DNA from: Octopus bimaculoides
Taxonomy: Eukaryota
NCBI RefSeq assembly: GCF_001194135.2
Contig: NC_068989.1
Location: 34,945,831 to 35,009,830, forward strand
Direction of reading: 5' to 3'
Length of the DNA: 64,000 nucleotides
Part shown: positions 38,881-52,056 of the stretch, piece after piece
How the letters are laid out: every line of letters begins with the position of its first letter
How positions within the stretch are numbered: the stretch's first letter is position 1
Translations under genes and position numbers: made by a program
Notes under the pieces: model-generated
The model's input: the letters and a program-made list of their open reading frames with translations, nothing else
Databases searched by the model: none
Told to the model about the DNA's origin: nothing

Positions 38881-39489
38881 TATTTTATATTCAAGTAGTG
38901 ATTAAATATCATAAATAAATTAAAAATATCATCCTATATTGAAAGAATTTTATAACTTTCACATCGACAACCAATACAAATCTCATTTCCCGAGACGAGA
39001 CTCAGTTTCTAGTTCCGGTTGCTGCTGTTTTGTTACAATCCTTGCAAATTATGTTTTTGAAATTCGTTCTTAACTTTCGCCAAATATCGTTTGTTGGGTA
39101 GTCAGCCAAGAATTTTGAAGAATGAGGAATATTTTGGCTTGCAATTAAGATGTTAACAGCGAACCTAAAATTTATATTTTTATGTATAACTAGTCTCAAA
39201 TTTCACGAACTTGTCCGGTTATTTTGAATTGTAGAAAACCAGATAAATTTTTCTGTTGAATTCACATATAATCGGTCAGGAACTTGTAGTAATAAGCCGC
39301 TGAAATAACTACAAGTAGTTGGTTGAGTTAGTTGAGAACTAGTAGTCATTAGACAAATAGGTACTTTTTGGTTATCTCATCCCCATTAAAAACTGGGGTT
39401 ATCTCGAATATATAAAAACTAAATTGTTTTTCAAGTGAGCTTTATATATGTCTTATTTTATTAATTTTTCTTGAGATTAATTTACATTT

Positions 39490-40460
39490 AGGGCATTTGT
39501 CAGAAGTGAAAGTAGAAAAATCTGACAAGGAACGTTACTGCTGGTTTGAGTTGATTCTTTGGCTACTGACAGCTAATACCATGACTGGCCGGAGCGAGCT
39601 ATCTGTCTGTCTGTCTCTCTATCTATCTATCACTCGAAAGTTATTGGAACAAATTTGACACCTATATCCATGCGTTTGAAAACACAGAGTATAAGGGTAC
39701 TACTAAAGCAGAGTGGTCCCGTCGCGCGTCCGCGCTAGCTAGTCGTGAGTGGTCGATCCTATTATTTTTAAACTTCAAACTTCATTTGTTTTCTATTTTG
39801 ATAAATTCTCTCTGTTGAAAATTATATTTTTATATTTTAAATAATTTGCAATTTCAGGAAATATGTTTTTATATTAANNNNNNNNNNNNNNNNNNNNNNN
39901 NNNNNNNNNNNNNNNNNNNNNNNNNNNNNNNNNNNNNNNNNNNNNNNNNNNNNNNNNNNNNNNNNNNNNNNNNNNNNNNNNNNNNNNNNNNNNNNNNNNN
40001 NNNNNNNNNNNNNNNNNNNNNNNNNNNNNNNNNNNNNNNNNNNNNNNNNNNNNNNNNGCGAACTTTCGAGTAATAGATAGATAGAGAGACAGACAGACAG
40101 ACATATAGCTCGCTCCGGCCAGTCATGGTATTAGCTGTCAGTAGCCAAAGAATCGACAGGCAGACAGACAGATACTTCACTAGCAGGCAGTGAGCACTTT
40201 CACTTCTGACAGCTAATAGCATGATAGTGCCATTTTTATATTAAATTTGCGTTTTCTAATTTGATAAATTCTACGGACACAAACAGAGGTGAACGAGTGA
40301 TAGATAGATATATATAGAGAGAGATAGTGAGATAGACAGACAGATAGATAGCTCCGGCTAGTCAGTAGCCAAAGAATCAACTCAAACCAGCAGTAACGTT
40401 CCTTGTCAGTTCTACTTTCAATTCTGACAGCTAATACCATGACAGTGCCCATTTTAAGAA
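39490..40460. repeat. Modular ~100-bp repeats in direct and inverted orientation with (CTGT)n/(CTAT)n
   Basis: ctttggctactgac(agctaataccatgactggccggagc) at ~39556(+), ~40110-40150(-), ~40350-40440(-). Confidence 0.75.
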
Positions 40461-40569
40461 CTAATATAAATACTATTTTCATAATATAAAACAAACGTCG
40501 CAATTTTTAAGATATGTTGTAGAGTTAAATTTTAATATGTATTCTCTTTTTGAGAAAGCTTTTTCGAAG

Positions 40570-41702
40570 AAAAAAGTAAATAAAAATACTCAAGGGAAAT
40601 AACTGAACGACTTACCAGTATTATTCGTACTACTCTGAAATGTGTTTTCTTTTAGCTGTTTATAAATAAATCACACAAGATGAAAATAATTCATCCGATG
40701 TCCTAAATTGCCACCGAAGTTTTCTTTTCAATCTCATCCACAAGTTTTCTATATTCTGTGTATGAATTCCATTGTCGTTTGGTTCTACAAAGTGGTCCCC
40801 ATGTACAATAACTTCGTGGGTGTATGTACATCCTCCCAAGTTGCCGGTATTGGCATAGGATGCCCACCCGTCACTGATTATGTGGGTTCCTGGCAAAATC
40901 CACCGCTGTATCAATTCCGACAGTGTCCGCTCTGTTCGGTCGAGCACTTCTACAAGGAAACACTTCCCTTAGTCTCTTTCAACACCTCCGAAAACCCAGT
41001 GGCCAGGTCTCCACAGCCCACGGTGGTACTTTCGATGAAAGAACTTGCTTTCCTCTATTTCCACCACCAGTGGCTGTCCTTTACTGTCAACACCGCCAAT
41101 TTCCACGGAGTTTTGCCGAAGCCATTCGTCACACACTTCGCGGCAGAAATTGCTCCAATCTACCACGCTAGTGTGGCAAACAGAACACTCATCTACAATA
41201 TGTTTTTGCATTATATCTTTGCACCAGCAGTAGATAAGCAACACCAGATTGTAGAGTGGAATATGGCTCCTTTCAAAGAATGAACTGTAACGAACAGATT
41301 TCCTTTGTTTACAGTTTTTACAGTACCATTCTTTCCCATCAATTCTGTCACCACGTGCAACAAGTCCGCATGGTACTAGACAATCGTCGCAGGTAAACTT
41401 ATTCCTAATAAGCCGACGGCGCGCACACCATTCCAACATTCTGTGTCTTGAATTGCTGCATAACTCAGTAATATTCCAATATTCTTCTAATATTAATTCA
41501 CGAGTGAGTATTTCATTTTCAGGAACAATAAGTTGTTGTGCAGCCGGTCTTCCACGAGGCATTTTCGATCTCTCAGTCGGTACTATGATATTCAATCACG
41601 TGTGTGATTTATATATAAACAGTTAACTTCCATCAAATCACGTGTGTGATTTATTTATAAACAGAGTAGTTACTTCCCTTGAATATTTTTATTTACTTTT
41701 TT
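40570..41702 (-). mobile_element. Merlin (IS1595/ISXO2-like) DNA transposon, inactivated, long imperfect TIRs
   Basis: ORF 41562 to 40660: zinc ribbon CxxC...CxxC, VEIEESKF..RKYHRG, WVFGGVER, ILPGTHIISDGW, HTQNIENLW; one in-frame TAA at 40969-40971; inverted arms 40570-40678 and 41643-41702. Confidence 0.9.
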
Positions 41703-41727
41703 TTTACCTCCCTAAACTTGAAGATTA

Positions 41728-41767
<40 letters not shown>

Positions 41768-42054
41768 GTGGTTCATGCAGGCAAGGCGTGGATGCGATCC
41801 TCGATAGCGAAATTTCACTTAACAGTTCAAGAGCACTTTTCTCATAGTAAAACAATAGTTTTTCTACGAGTGACAGCAGTTATATTTGCTAGATGCCTTC
41901 GCTAAGCAGAATAATGTCTTTGCCATTTGACCCTTCTAACCTTTTCTAGGCCACCAAAAGCTAGAATAGAGATAACAGACCGTCAACGAAATTCATTGTT
42001 CTCAACAATATGTCTCTCCCAACTAGTTTTGGATAATTATAAAATCTAAAACAC

Positions 42055-42498
42055 TGTAGGAAAAAAAGAGTTGGTAAAAAGATGACGCAGAGGCGACCAC
42101 AGGCAGAATCCCGTTAGTGAGATAATTCAACTGAGAGAGGTTTACAGTGAGAATGTCAACTATGATACAGTATCTTATCACAACACCACTGCTTTTTAAA
42201 TGTCAGGCACAATGAAGGTATCATTTTATCGGCTTCCTACACTTAACATTGACTCTACCTTCCTCTAATTCCTAGTTAGGCAGGTAGCAGTTGACCAAAC
42301 ATAAACAGCAACAACATACAAGAAAAGATAACTCTGTTGTTTTTATATAACACACACACCTGCCCGTCGTTGTGTGGCATATATTAAAGTAACGGTAAAT
42401 AAATATTTCTTTACAACTTTAATCACTGTTCTTCTTCCATCTTGCACACTGGCAACCAACACCTTAACAACAACCATTACAAATTGGTGACCCTCGAC
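42055..42498 (+). mobile_element. LTR (TG...CA, 42055-42481) followed by tRNA-Trp-like PBS
   Basis: Starts tgtagg, internal AATAAA, ends ttaca, then aat + TGGTGACCCTCGAC, close to the tRNA-Trp complement TGGTGACCCCGAC. Confidence 0.5.
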
Positions 42499-42518
42499 TG
42501 CAACGTAGAACTAACCGT

Positions 42519-42554
<36 letters not shown>

Positions 42555-43589
42555 NNNNNNNNNNNNNNNNNNNNNNNNNNNNNNNNNNNNNNNNNNNNNN
42601 NNNNNNNNNNNNNNNNNNNNNNNNNNNNNNNNNNNNNNNNNNNNNNNNNNNNNNNNNNNNNNNNNNNNNATAGTCCCACTGAGAAGAGGTGGGGTCAGCC
42701 AAGGCAGCGGCCAAAGGCCCATGAGTTTAAGCAGTCCACAAACCGGACGAAGAAAAAAATACGTGGGTGTACCGTAAATAAATTTAAATGGCAAGAAAAC
42801 GAAGTAATGGTGATGAAAGGTGTGATATATACATATTTACATACACATACATGCATGCAAACATACATACATACATACACAGACCGGCGTTGGTGATTGA
42901 CGAGGTTGAAAAGCTGGTCAGTATTTAATCTCCCTAGGTAATGAAATCTGGAGACAAAATTCTCTCCTTACTAAAGGAAAAAAAAACTTAAATCATGTCA
43001 ACATCCTTATAGACACATATACACACACTTAAATAAAAATACAAGCATGTATACAAATATATAAATGTATAGCTATATACATACGTAAATGTATGTATAT
43101 ATGTGTGTAGATTTATATATATTATACACACACACACACACACACAATGAACATGAAATTTTTTTAATAACAAATCATATGAAAAAAAAATCTTGCAAAA
43201 AAAGTAACAGAAGTTTCAAAGTGGCTGCTGTGGTAGAGGTGTCGTCATTGTCGTTGGAACTGGCTGTCTTGTAGTCAGTGGTTAGACCTTAAGGGGTCTG
43301 CCTATAAAAAGGTATACATAGAGGCGTCGAACAAGGACACTTACAACATAGAGATGGGGTTGCAATCATGATTAAAAATATTCAAATCGATATAATGAAA
43401 ACCGGATGAAAATTTAAAAATTAAATTATTACAATATAAGAAGCCTGTGGGGTTTTATTTAACCTGCTGGTTCCTTTTAAATTTCCTTTTTTCCTTCCTT
43501 CCGCTTTGACCGACTACCCATTTATTCTCAACATCCTTATTACAGTCATCCGTATTTTCGTGATTACTCTTTGTATAAATGGAAGCAGA

Positions 43590-44359
43590 GAATATGGGAC
43601 AATCTGCGTTCAGGTGCCACTTTCAACTCTCTCCTTGATCAAACTGATCAGTTTTCTAGGTGTCACGTACTTTCTGCTTGTGTAAGATTCTCAGGGGACT
43701 GGAGTGGTGCCCTGCCTGTAGCCAACATTGGTGGTCTACTCAATTTAGATGTGCTCCGCATCTCCATCAAACTCAGAGTGAGAGCCGACATATGTGGGGG
43801 ACTAAGATGTCGCTGTGGTAGGCCCCTCGACTCCACAGGTCTTCATAGTCTGTCTTGTCGCTTAAATGCTGATCGTTTCGCTCGTTACACCGAGCTAAAC
43901 TTAATCATTAAGCGGACCCTGGCTTGGGTTAATATCCCCCCGAGTTCTGGAGCCGGCGGGATTATCCAGAAGTGTTGGGAAGAGACTAGATGGTTTTAAC
44001 CTTTGTCCCTGGGTAAGAGGTATGTGCCTCATTTGGAACACCCCAGTCTGTCATACTATTTCCCCTCCAACATCCTGGATGCTGCAATAAACGGGAGGAT
44101 CACTGCTTCCGTAGCCGAACGGAACAAAATCCATAATTATCAGGACCTGTCAGTGAACTATCTTTTCCAGCCTGTGTTGTTTGAGATGTTTGAAGGGGCT
44201 GGGCCACTAACAGCAAAGTTCTTGTCATCGTTGGCGGCTCGCCTTACCGAGGTATCAGGTGATGCCCGTAACGGTGCTTGTCTTTTCCAACGCCTTAGCC
44301 TCGCCATCGCCCGTGGTAATGCTGCAAGTGTGTTGGCTTGCTTCAGTAGGTTTCGTTGA
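43590..44359 (+). mobile_element. CRE-clade non-LTR retrotransposon 3' fragment (zinc knuckle + restriction-like endonuclease)
   Basis: CRCG..LD..GLHSLSC, AE..K...Y..L, FQRLSLAIARGNAASVL; frameshifted. Confidence 0.8.
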
Positions 44360-47300
44360 ACCTTGTGGAATGCGATCAATTGAGGCACTTGGTGTTGAAT
44401 TGATGCTTTTCTTTTTCTTGTTTTTCGTCTTTTTTTCTTTCCTTGTTCCTCTTTTTCCATTTTTATTTTTGGATATTGGATTTAACAGATACAGGTACAA
44501 ATTAATTCTAAAGCTGATTATATTATATTCTATTCTGAATTTTAGTCTTAAAAGCAAATGCTAATCTACTTTAATACTATTCTGCTGTACCAAGTTACAC
44601 TTAGCATGTTCGAAATGTCTAGTATTACAAATTTCCTACCCCGGTTCCGGTTCAAACTTAGTGATATTCTCAACATAAATTCCAAGCACTGTACCAGCTG
44701 TGTTAGTTCTTAGCCTTTACTTACACAGGTAATAACTAATAGAAAGTCTTCTGTCGAGTAAAAAATTCTTTAGCAAAAGTAGAAATAGTAGATAGCAATA
44801 TAGCTCAAGGTCAACAAATTTCAAACAATATAATACAATCATATCCTCCCTCTAGAGAGTTCACAGTAAATGATGAAATACTGGAGTATTGAACTTAATT
44901 CAACGCGAATTCATGTGCATTTAGAGATTTGAGGAAGAATCGTTTTCCAATTTGCGGGTAGGGGTGTTAAGAAACTTCATTTTTAGTATTCCTTGATCTA
45001 AAAAAATCATTTCACTTCGAAGTTCATATCTTCTATACATCTCGCTACTGTAGATGTATAGTAATTTGTAAATATCAAGCTGAAGTGAAAGTCTAGTAAG
45101 CGGAATTGCTTTGATGAAAAAACGTTTCGAAAGCGAATGTGAATAAAAATCAAATAAAATTAGAAAAAATAAATCGTCAAGAGAAAGGTTGAAAGAAAGC
45201 TCGTTTTATTTTTATTTTTAAAAATATACTTTTAATATTTAAAATAATGTTGTGAATTACCTTCCTTGAAGAGTATCTTACAACAGTCGCACATAGTAAC
45301 AATATGATATTGTCTAAAACTTTCTAGGAAATGTATCATATTGCCGTTTTTGTAGTGCTATAATTATTCTCGCCCTCTCTCTCTCTCCTTGACGAACCAC
45401 AAGTACGGTTTCTGTTTAGCCAGATCACTGAAGCCATACATACATACATACATAGAGAACCTCTCTCTCACACACACACCAGCAACATTACTCTCTCTGT
45501 CTCTTCACACACACACTAACAAAAGAACTTCACATACACCACACTTTCTGTCTCGCACACCCCATCAAACACACACACACACTCTCTCACGCACACATAC
45601 ACACACACACGGCACGTCAACTTCAAAGGAACTTCCCTAATCCAATCATGCCCTCTCAGTCTCTTTCGTTTTTACCCCGACTGCAAGATCCCCTTTACCC
45701 CCACCCCAAATATATAAAAAAATAGAAATTTCTATTGCAAGCAACGATCTGCTTCAGAAACATAAACAAATACACGTGCATTTTTTTTGACAACTATGGT
45801 ACTCATATCGTAATTTAGCCAATTTCATTTTATTAAAAAAAAATATTCATTTAACAAAGGAAAGGTCCTCAAAAGCAATGTTTTTCTACATAATTGTAAT
45901 TTACATAATCAAAACGTATGAGGAAACAAAGTCTAGATGCGTGTAATATCCGTTCTCCTAGTTTTTCAAATCAAGTTCCAATGTAATCGCCATCTGCACT
46001 ATCTGAAAGGAATTTGTAGAAAATTTCATGAAAAATTATCTATTTTGCAAAACGTCATGAAGAAACAAATTCGGCGGCACACTTCTCTTAAGAATATTCA
46101 AGCTACGGATTCCCGTTCTACTCAGTTTCCTGCAGATGACTCTTTGCAGATGTTCAAACTGAGCAACAACCCTTTCGGTCTAATCTGCCCTGGAGAGTCT
46201 GCGAAGGTAATGAGCATTGAGTTTGTAAAAAAATAAATAAATAAACGGACCTGCTGCATTTGATAAAATACAATTGTATTGAAAGCTAGAGGGAGAGCTC
46301 AAGTGGGTGGGTCTACCTAGGGAGATAGCAGCCAAATATCTTTAAAGCCACATTCTGCTGTGATAGACAAGATAAGATACATTAGATAATATGGTTCTGG
46401 ATATATTATGTCTAAAAATAAGATATGAAGGCTGGATTATCGAGGTAGACCAAAGGAGTAATATAGACCAGCAACAACCGAAGAACGAAGGGGAATAACT
46501 TCGTTATGATTTCTAGTCACATGACTTGAATGAGTCCCAAGTTCTTTGGAATATCTAGTGATGTAGAGGCGTTCATTAAGCAACAAATGTTCTGTTTTAT
46601 TATTATAAATGGTGACAGTGTATAAAGTATGAGTGGTATTTGTAACGGATCAAGGTATGGAAAATTATTCCTTCATTACTGAATGATATGTCAGATTTCT
46701 CTCCTCAGGTATGGGTATGTTGTTGTTAATGGTTCAGTATTTGCTAAACACCCATCACCAAGTATTAACCTAAAATCTTTTAAATTTAATTAATTGTATT
46801 GAACAAAAGTTTTAAAAAGTCAATTATACGTAACCATTCAACTGTAAATAAATTTAGAGTTATTTTAATATCAGTTGAAGTAACAACAACGTTACGTATA
46901 TCCAGGCCAAAATGTAAACACTGTTCACATTAGAATTTTTATATTTTCGAGAAATACCACCAAGTGTATTGAGCATTGAGTTAATATTTCTTCATTTTCA
47001 TTCTGTATACTATAATATATAATTATATAAGCTATAATTTAATATAATTATATAAGTTGATTCTAGGATATTTTTTAAATCGTATTAGAATTACCTCGTT
47101 AAAGAAAACTGAGTCTTAGGATCTGCTTTTATTACGTTTCTGGTAATAAAATTAATTTTTCTGTAAGTTTTACTTTAACAACTGTTTAATTACAGTGAGT
47201 ACGATGAAGCCACTAGGTAAACTATCGACTTACTTGAAAGAACAGTTAAATCCATCTTATCAAATATTGTCTCTTAAAAAAGGAACATTGGACGATGTTA

Positions 47301-49230
47301 AAAAACGGGATGGTCAATGGCTTTTATCATCTTTGATATGCTCGAACAGGGCTGATTTGGGTCTACAACAACAATAGAAAGGGGTTGACCATCTCACCCT
47401 ATGTTCAGAAGTAAAGTAGTGGGTTAATTTACAATATATATATTTTTCGATTACTTCCAATTAAGCGGATTATTACATTTTAATTATATTTACCATTGTT
47501 TAAATTATAAATATATATTTCCGTTGCACAAAGGTTGAAGCTAAAGTTGATATGTCAAGAAGTTTAGAGCAGGAAGGACATCCGACTATAGAAAGATTGG
47601 TAAATTGCATGGTATTTGATTCCACGCAAAAAAATCCGAGTTTTTTTTCTTAGTGAACATCGTGCGGGTAAAAGGATCAAATAATACCGTAAGGGCAAAG
47701 GTGAAAATGATGCATGATATTTTTCCCTTTTACAACTCATCTCTTCGAATTCCTGTGATTGTATTCCATAGAAACTTCATGCAACGTTCATCTCAGTTTA
47801 GCAGGAGAAAACGGGAAATATTAAGCGCATTGTTATTACTATCTTATTGTTTAGCCCTAGGTCAGCTTCATCTAACAGACTTGTGATTAAACATATTTCC
47901 TGTGACCACGTCTATTTTTCAACCATAGTGTATCTAGGACTACACTATTAGATATATTTTCCTTTTTCTTTTAAAACTGTAGGTTGTGGTTTGAAGGGGA
48001 CTTTGGTTGCTATTTCTAGCAGGTCAAACGAAAATGCAGAAGCTCTTTGTTGGATTGAGTGATTACTATGATGTTTGTTATTTTAAAGAGTTAAAAATTG
48101 TTTCTGGTAGGTATGGGTGGTGGTGAGTTAATAGTGAAGTGATAGAATGGCAGACAAATGATCAAATATTTCTTAAGTAAGGTTTCAGTGTTACATTCAA
48201 GTTTTAAGAAATTTGGTTAATCTTTATTTCCTTCTGGGTATTGATGAAATAACTGAATATCAATAATATATTGGAATTAAAGGTCAAAATTTGGAGATTT
48301 TTTTTTTTACTGATATCTCTGAGGAGAATTGTAAAGGAACAAGGTGACATATCAGTGCTATGCTTAAGCAGATAAAATTTTAAGCTTTTAGGGAAGGCAA
48401 AATAATTTGTTGTAATATATTTGTACATTTGTCAAGAGGATTTGCACTATATACAAAGTGAAGCAGTACTATTTTAAAATTAAATTATATCATTCTTTTA
48501 GTTTACACTGAACTTACTATGACACAAAGGCATTCACCATTCCATTTGCTATAATCAAATGAAATATCTAATTGATTCCACTCTTCAGAAAACCACTTTA
48601 TTTTCTTATTATTTCAACTATATCTGCATAAAATAACAATATTCAACATTAATGCAACTTTACATGAAACAATCAATTTTATTTTTGATAACAATTCTCC
48701 TTAGGCTATCAGTTTTATGCTTTTCTTCATTTCGCAATGGCGTATATCAATAAATTATCTTGGATGGTATTGATTTCTCACAAAGATACAAGTTCTAGTA
48801 TTCACAGAGTTGAGAGAGTTGAAATAGTATGTTGCTTGTGATATGCATTTGCTTATATTGATTTTTGAACCAGCATGGAACTATAATAACTTGCTTTCAA
48901 TAAGAATAAATCCAGTAAGGATTCCTTCTTGGAATCAGACTTGTACTGAGATGGGCTATCATCAGAGCATTTTTGTTTTTATGTTCGTTTTTCCATGTTA
49001 GCATGGGTTAGATGAATATGTTAGTAAGGCATTATTTTATAGTTGGATGTCCTTGTTGCCAACCCTTACCTGTTTTTCTAGTAAGGAATCTTTTATTCCT
49101 ATACAGCTTCCAAGGTAAGAAGTGATCAGACTTGTTGACAGGATAACTGGCAACACTATCACTTGTAGGTTGTACATTAGAATGCAAATGTAGACAAACA
49201 GGTCCACATGTGACACACATACATATTCAC

Positions 49231-49445
<215 letters not shown>

Positions 49446-50015
49446 CATCATCATCATTTGATGTCCGTTTTCTATGCTGGTATGGGTTGGACAGTTTTTT
49501 AGGAGCTGCACCAGGTTCCATTGTCTGTTTTGGCTTGTTTTCTACAGCTGGATGCCCCTCCTAGCACAAACCACTTTACAAAGTCTACTGAATGCTTTTT
49601 ACGTGGCACCAGCACCAACATGGTTGCCAAGTACCTTGCAAGACAAAACTCCCTAATTAAGAGGGGGTGAGTAGTATTAATGGGGTGTGGCTTTGTGTTA
49701 GTTGAGAGATTATAGGTATAGATGGACAGATATAAGTGTCTTGTTGTAGAATAGAAACAGGATACCCCTGTTGGAAAAGAAGGGAGAGTTACAGAGTAAA
49801 ATAAAGAGAGCGATAGTGAAAGACGATGGCAAAGATGTGTCAGGACATACCCTTGAGGGACATTTGGGGTAATGTGAATAGGTGAGGTGATATAGAGGCT
49901 TGGGCTGGCTGAGTGGGCAGAATAAGTGACTGTAGCAAATGATGGAGAACAGCAGAGGGGGAGAGAAAGTACAGAAAAGAGGTGATTGGTGGAGACAGCA
50001 TGTGGGGGAAAAACA

Positions 50016-50055
<40 letters not shown>

Positions 50056-50673
50056 AAATCTTATTTCAATTTCTGCCTACCAGATCCACTCACAAGACTT
50101 TGGTCAGCCTGGGGCTACAGTAGAAGCACTTACCAAGGTGCCATGCACTGGGACTGAACCTAAAACCACATAGTTAGATAGTGAACTTCTTAACCACACA
50201 ATCATGTCTATGTCTTAGCCTTTCAGGTACCTTTATTTGTAAGGTATAATTTCAAAAATGGTTCTAATTTTATTTATTAGAATACTTAAGACATTTATTT
50301 AGGTATTTCCTTAAAAACAGTAGCTTTATTCCAAATTAATAAATAATAGGAAGGCATTAGTCAATTTATATCTTGGAGATTATTAATGGGAATAAATCCT
50401 GAGATGAATATAGAATATATATGCCATGATTATAGATAAAAATATCTTTAAAATTTATGATAATCTTGATTGAAGTAGTGGCTAATAGTTTTTGGTGAAA
50501 GTGAATAGCTCTCTTTAGTTGACTAAGTTTTGCTGATAAGTGTAAAAGGAAACAGGAACTGAGGATACTTTGCATAAAGTTGTTCCACTTGTAATGGAGA
50601 TGTTACAGGTAGATTTTTCTAGCAAACTGAATCTTGGTCTAATTTCAATCCACAGAAATTCATTGGTTTGGAG

Positions 50674-50932
50674 CAGTGGTTCTCAACTGGGGTCTACATG
50701 GCCCTTATGGGGTCCACTTAAGACTTTTGCAGTTAAAATTTATGTGCAATAAATCTTTTATACTTTTACAATACAAGAAATATTTCAATAATTTTTATTA
50801 TACAATTCCTAATAATATTCAATTATAAAAATATTAGGGGACTTTTTAAAACTTCAAATGTCTATGGAGGTCCAGTTGAGTAAAACAAGGATCAAAGGGA
50901 TCCATGGATAAAAAAATGATTGAGAATCATTG
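50674..50932 (+). mobile_element. hAT MITE family A
   Basis: TIR CAGTGGTTCTCAA / TTGAGAATCATTG; 8-bp flanks GTTTGGAG / CTTTAGAG. Confidence 0.8.
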
Positions 50933-50940
50933 CTTTAGAG

Positions 50941-51258
50941 CAGGGCTGTCCAACCTGAGGCCCATGGGCCACATGCAGCCCACAGACTTTTGTCTTGCGG
51001 CCCACTTGATACTTTCTTGAAATGGGTTTATTTAAACAAACATTTAAAAAATTTTATCAAAAATTAAAGATTGTAATGAAAAGTGGCAATAAAGCAATAG
51101 TCTACAATATTATAATTTTAAACAAACAAAAAGTATGAAAAATTCTTGATTCTGTAATTTGCTTATTTGACTATCAGTATATAAAGTTTACAAGCAGCCC
51201 CCAAAAAACTTTCTGTGATTAAAGTGGCCTACAATATAATTCGAGTTGGTCAGGCCTG
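50941..51258 (+). mobile_element. hAT MITE family B
   Basis: CAGGGCTGTCCAAC...GTTGGTCAGGCCTG; TSD CTTTAGAG / GTTTAGAG. Confidence 0.8.
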
Positions 51259-51448
51259 GTTTAGAGGGTTGGTATCCATGACAATGCTGAATGCATTTGA
51301 TCAACTGATTGAGTATCCTGAAGTAAAGGACAAGTCAAAAATGGGGAATGGAATCCTATCTCTGTAACTTGTGTAAAATACGGGCAAAACGAAAGCCTAT
51401 GCAAGTCAGTATGTAAAATCATACAAGTATTTTAATGAATGTTTAAAC

Positions 51449-51704
51449 CAGTGATTCTGAACCATTTTTTACTTATGGACCCCTTCAATTCCTATTTTAC
51501 TCTACTTGACCCCATAGACATTTAATGTTTAAAAGAGTCCCACAATATTTTTACAATTAAATATTATTAGGAATTATATAAAAAAAATTGTTGAAATACT
51601 TCCTGCATTGTAGAAGTGTAACCAATTTATTGCACATAAATTTTAACAGCAAATATCTTACATGGACCCCCAAGGGTCATGTGGACCCCAGTTGAGAACC
51701 ACTG
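51449..51704 (-). mobile_element. hAT MITE family A, inverted relative to the 50674 copy
   Basis: CAGTGATTCTGAAC...GTTGAGAACCACTG; TSD GTTTAAAC / GTTTAAAT. Confidence 0.85.
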
Positions 51705-51878
51705 GTTTAAATGAACACTGTGTAACTGATTTAATTAACTTTGTTTTTTAATCTGGTTTGCAAGATTCTTTATATGAATTCATGTGTCAGCAGGTTTTGG
51801 GGTTTCACAATATGCCATAAAGCTAAACCCTTTATGGATGGGAAACCCAGGGTAATCTCATAAACTGACTTCCCTATT

Positions 51879-51921
<43 letters not shown>

Positions 51922-51996
51922 ACATAACAGCCTACTAGCAAATGTACGTATGTATATTCTGTGGGTATTGGGGTATCACTACCTCCTATGTATATT

Positions 51997-52056
51997 TCCT
52001 CATAAATGAAACTTGCCCTATACTAAATAGTATGGGGCAAGTTTCATTTATGAGGA
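51997..52056. repeat. 60-nt near-perfect palindrome/hairpin
   Basis: tcctcataaatgaaacttgccctatact-aaat-agtatggggcaagtttcatttatgagga; 28-bp stem with one T:G pair. Confidence 0.9.

Noticed and set aside
40708-41283. 191-aa plus-strand ORF, and similarly 26565-26828
   Set aside because: Antisense shadows of the Merlin and RTE coding sequences.
40660-41562. Bacterial IS1595 contamination or recent bacterial transfer
   Set aside because: Embedded among octopus-type microsatellites and repeats, and the motif pattern fits eukaryotic Merlin.
47195-47377. 60-aa ORF MSTMKPLGK...
   Set aside because: Its 3' part resembles a dispersed repeat also seen near 5400-5450 and 47860; no protein motif.
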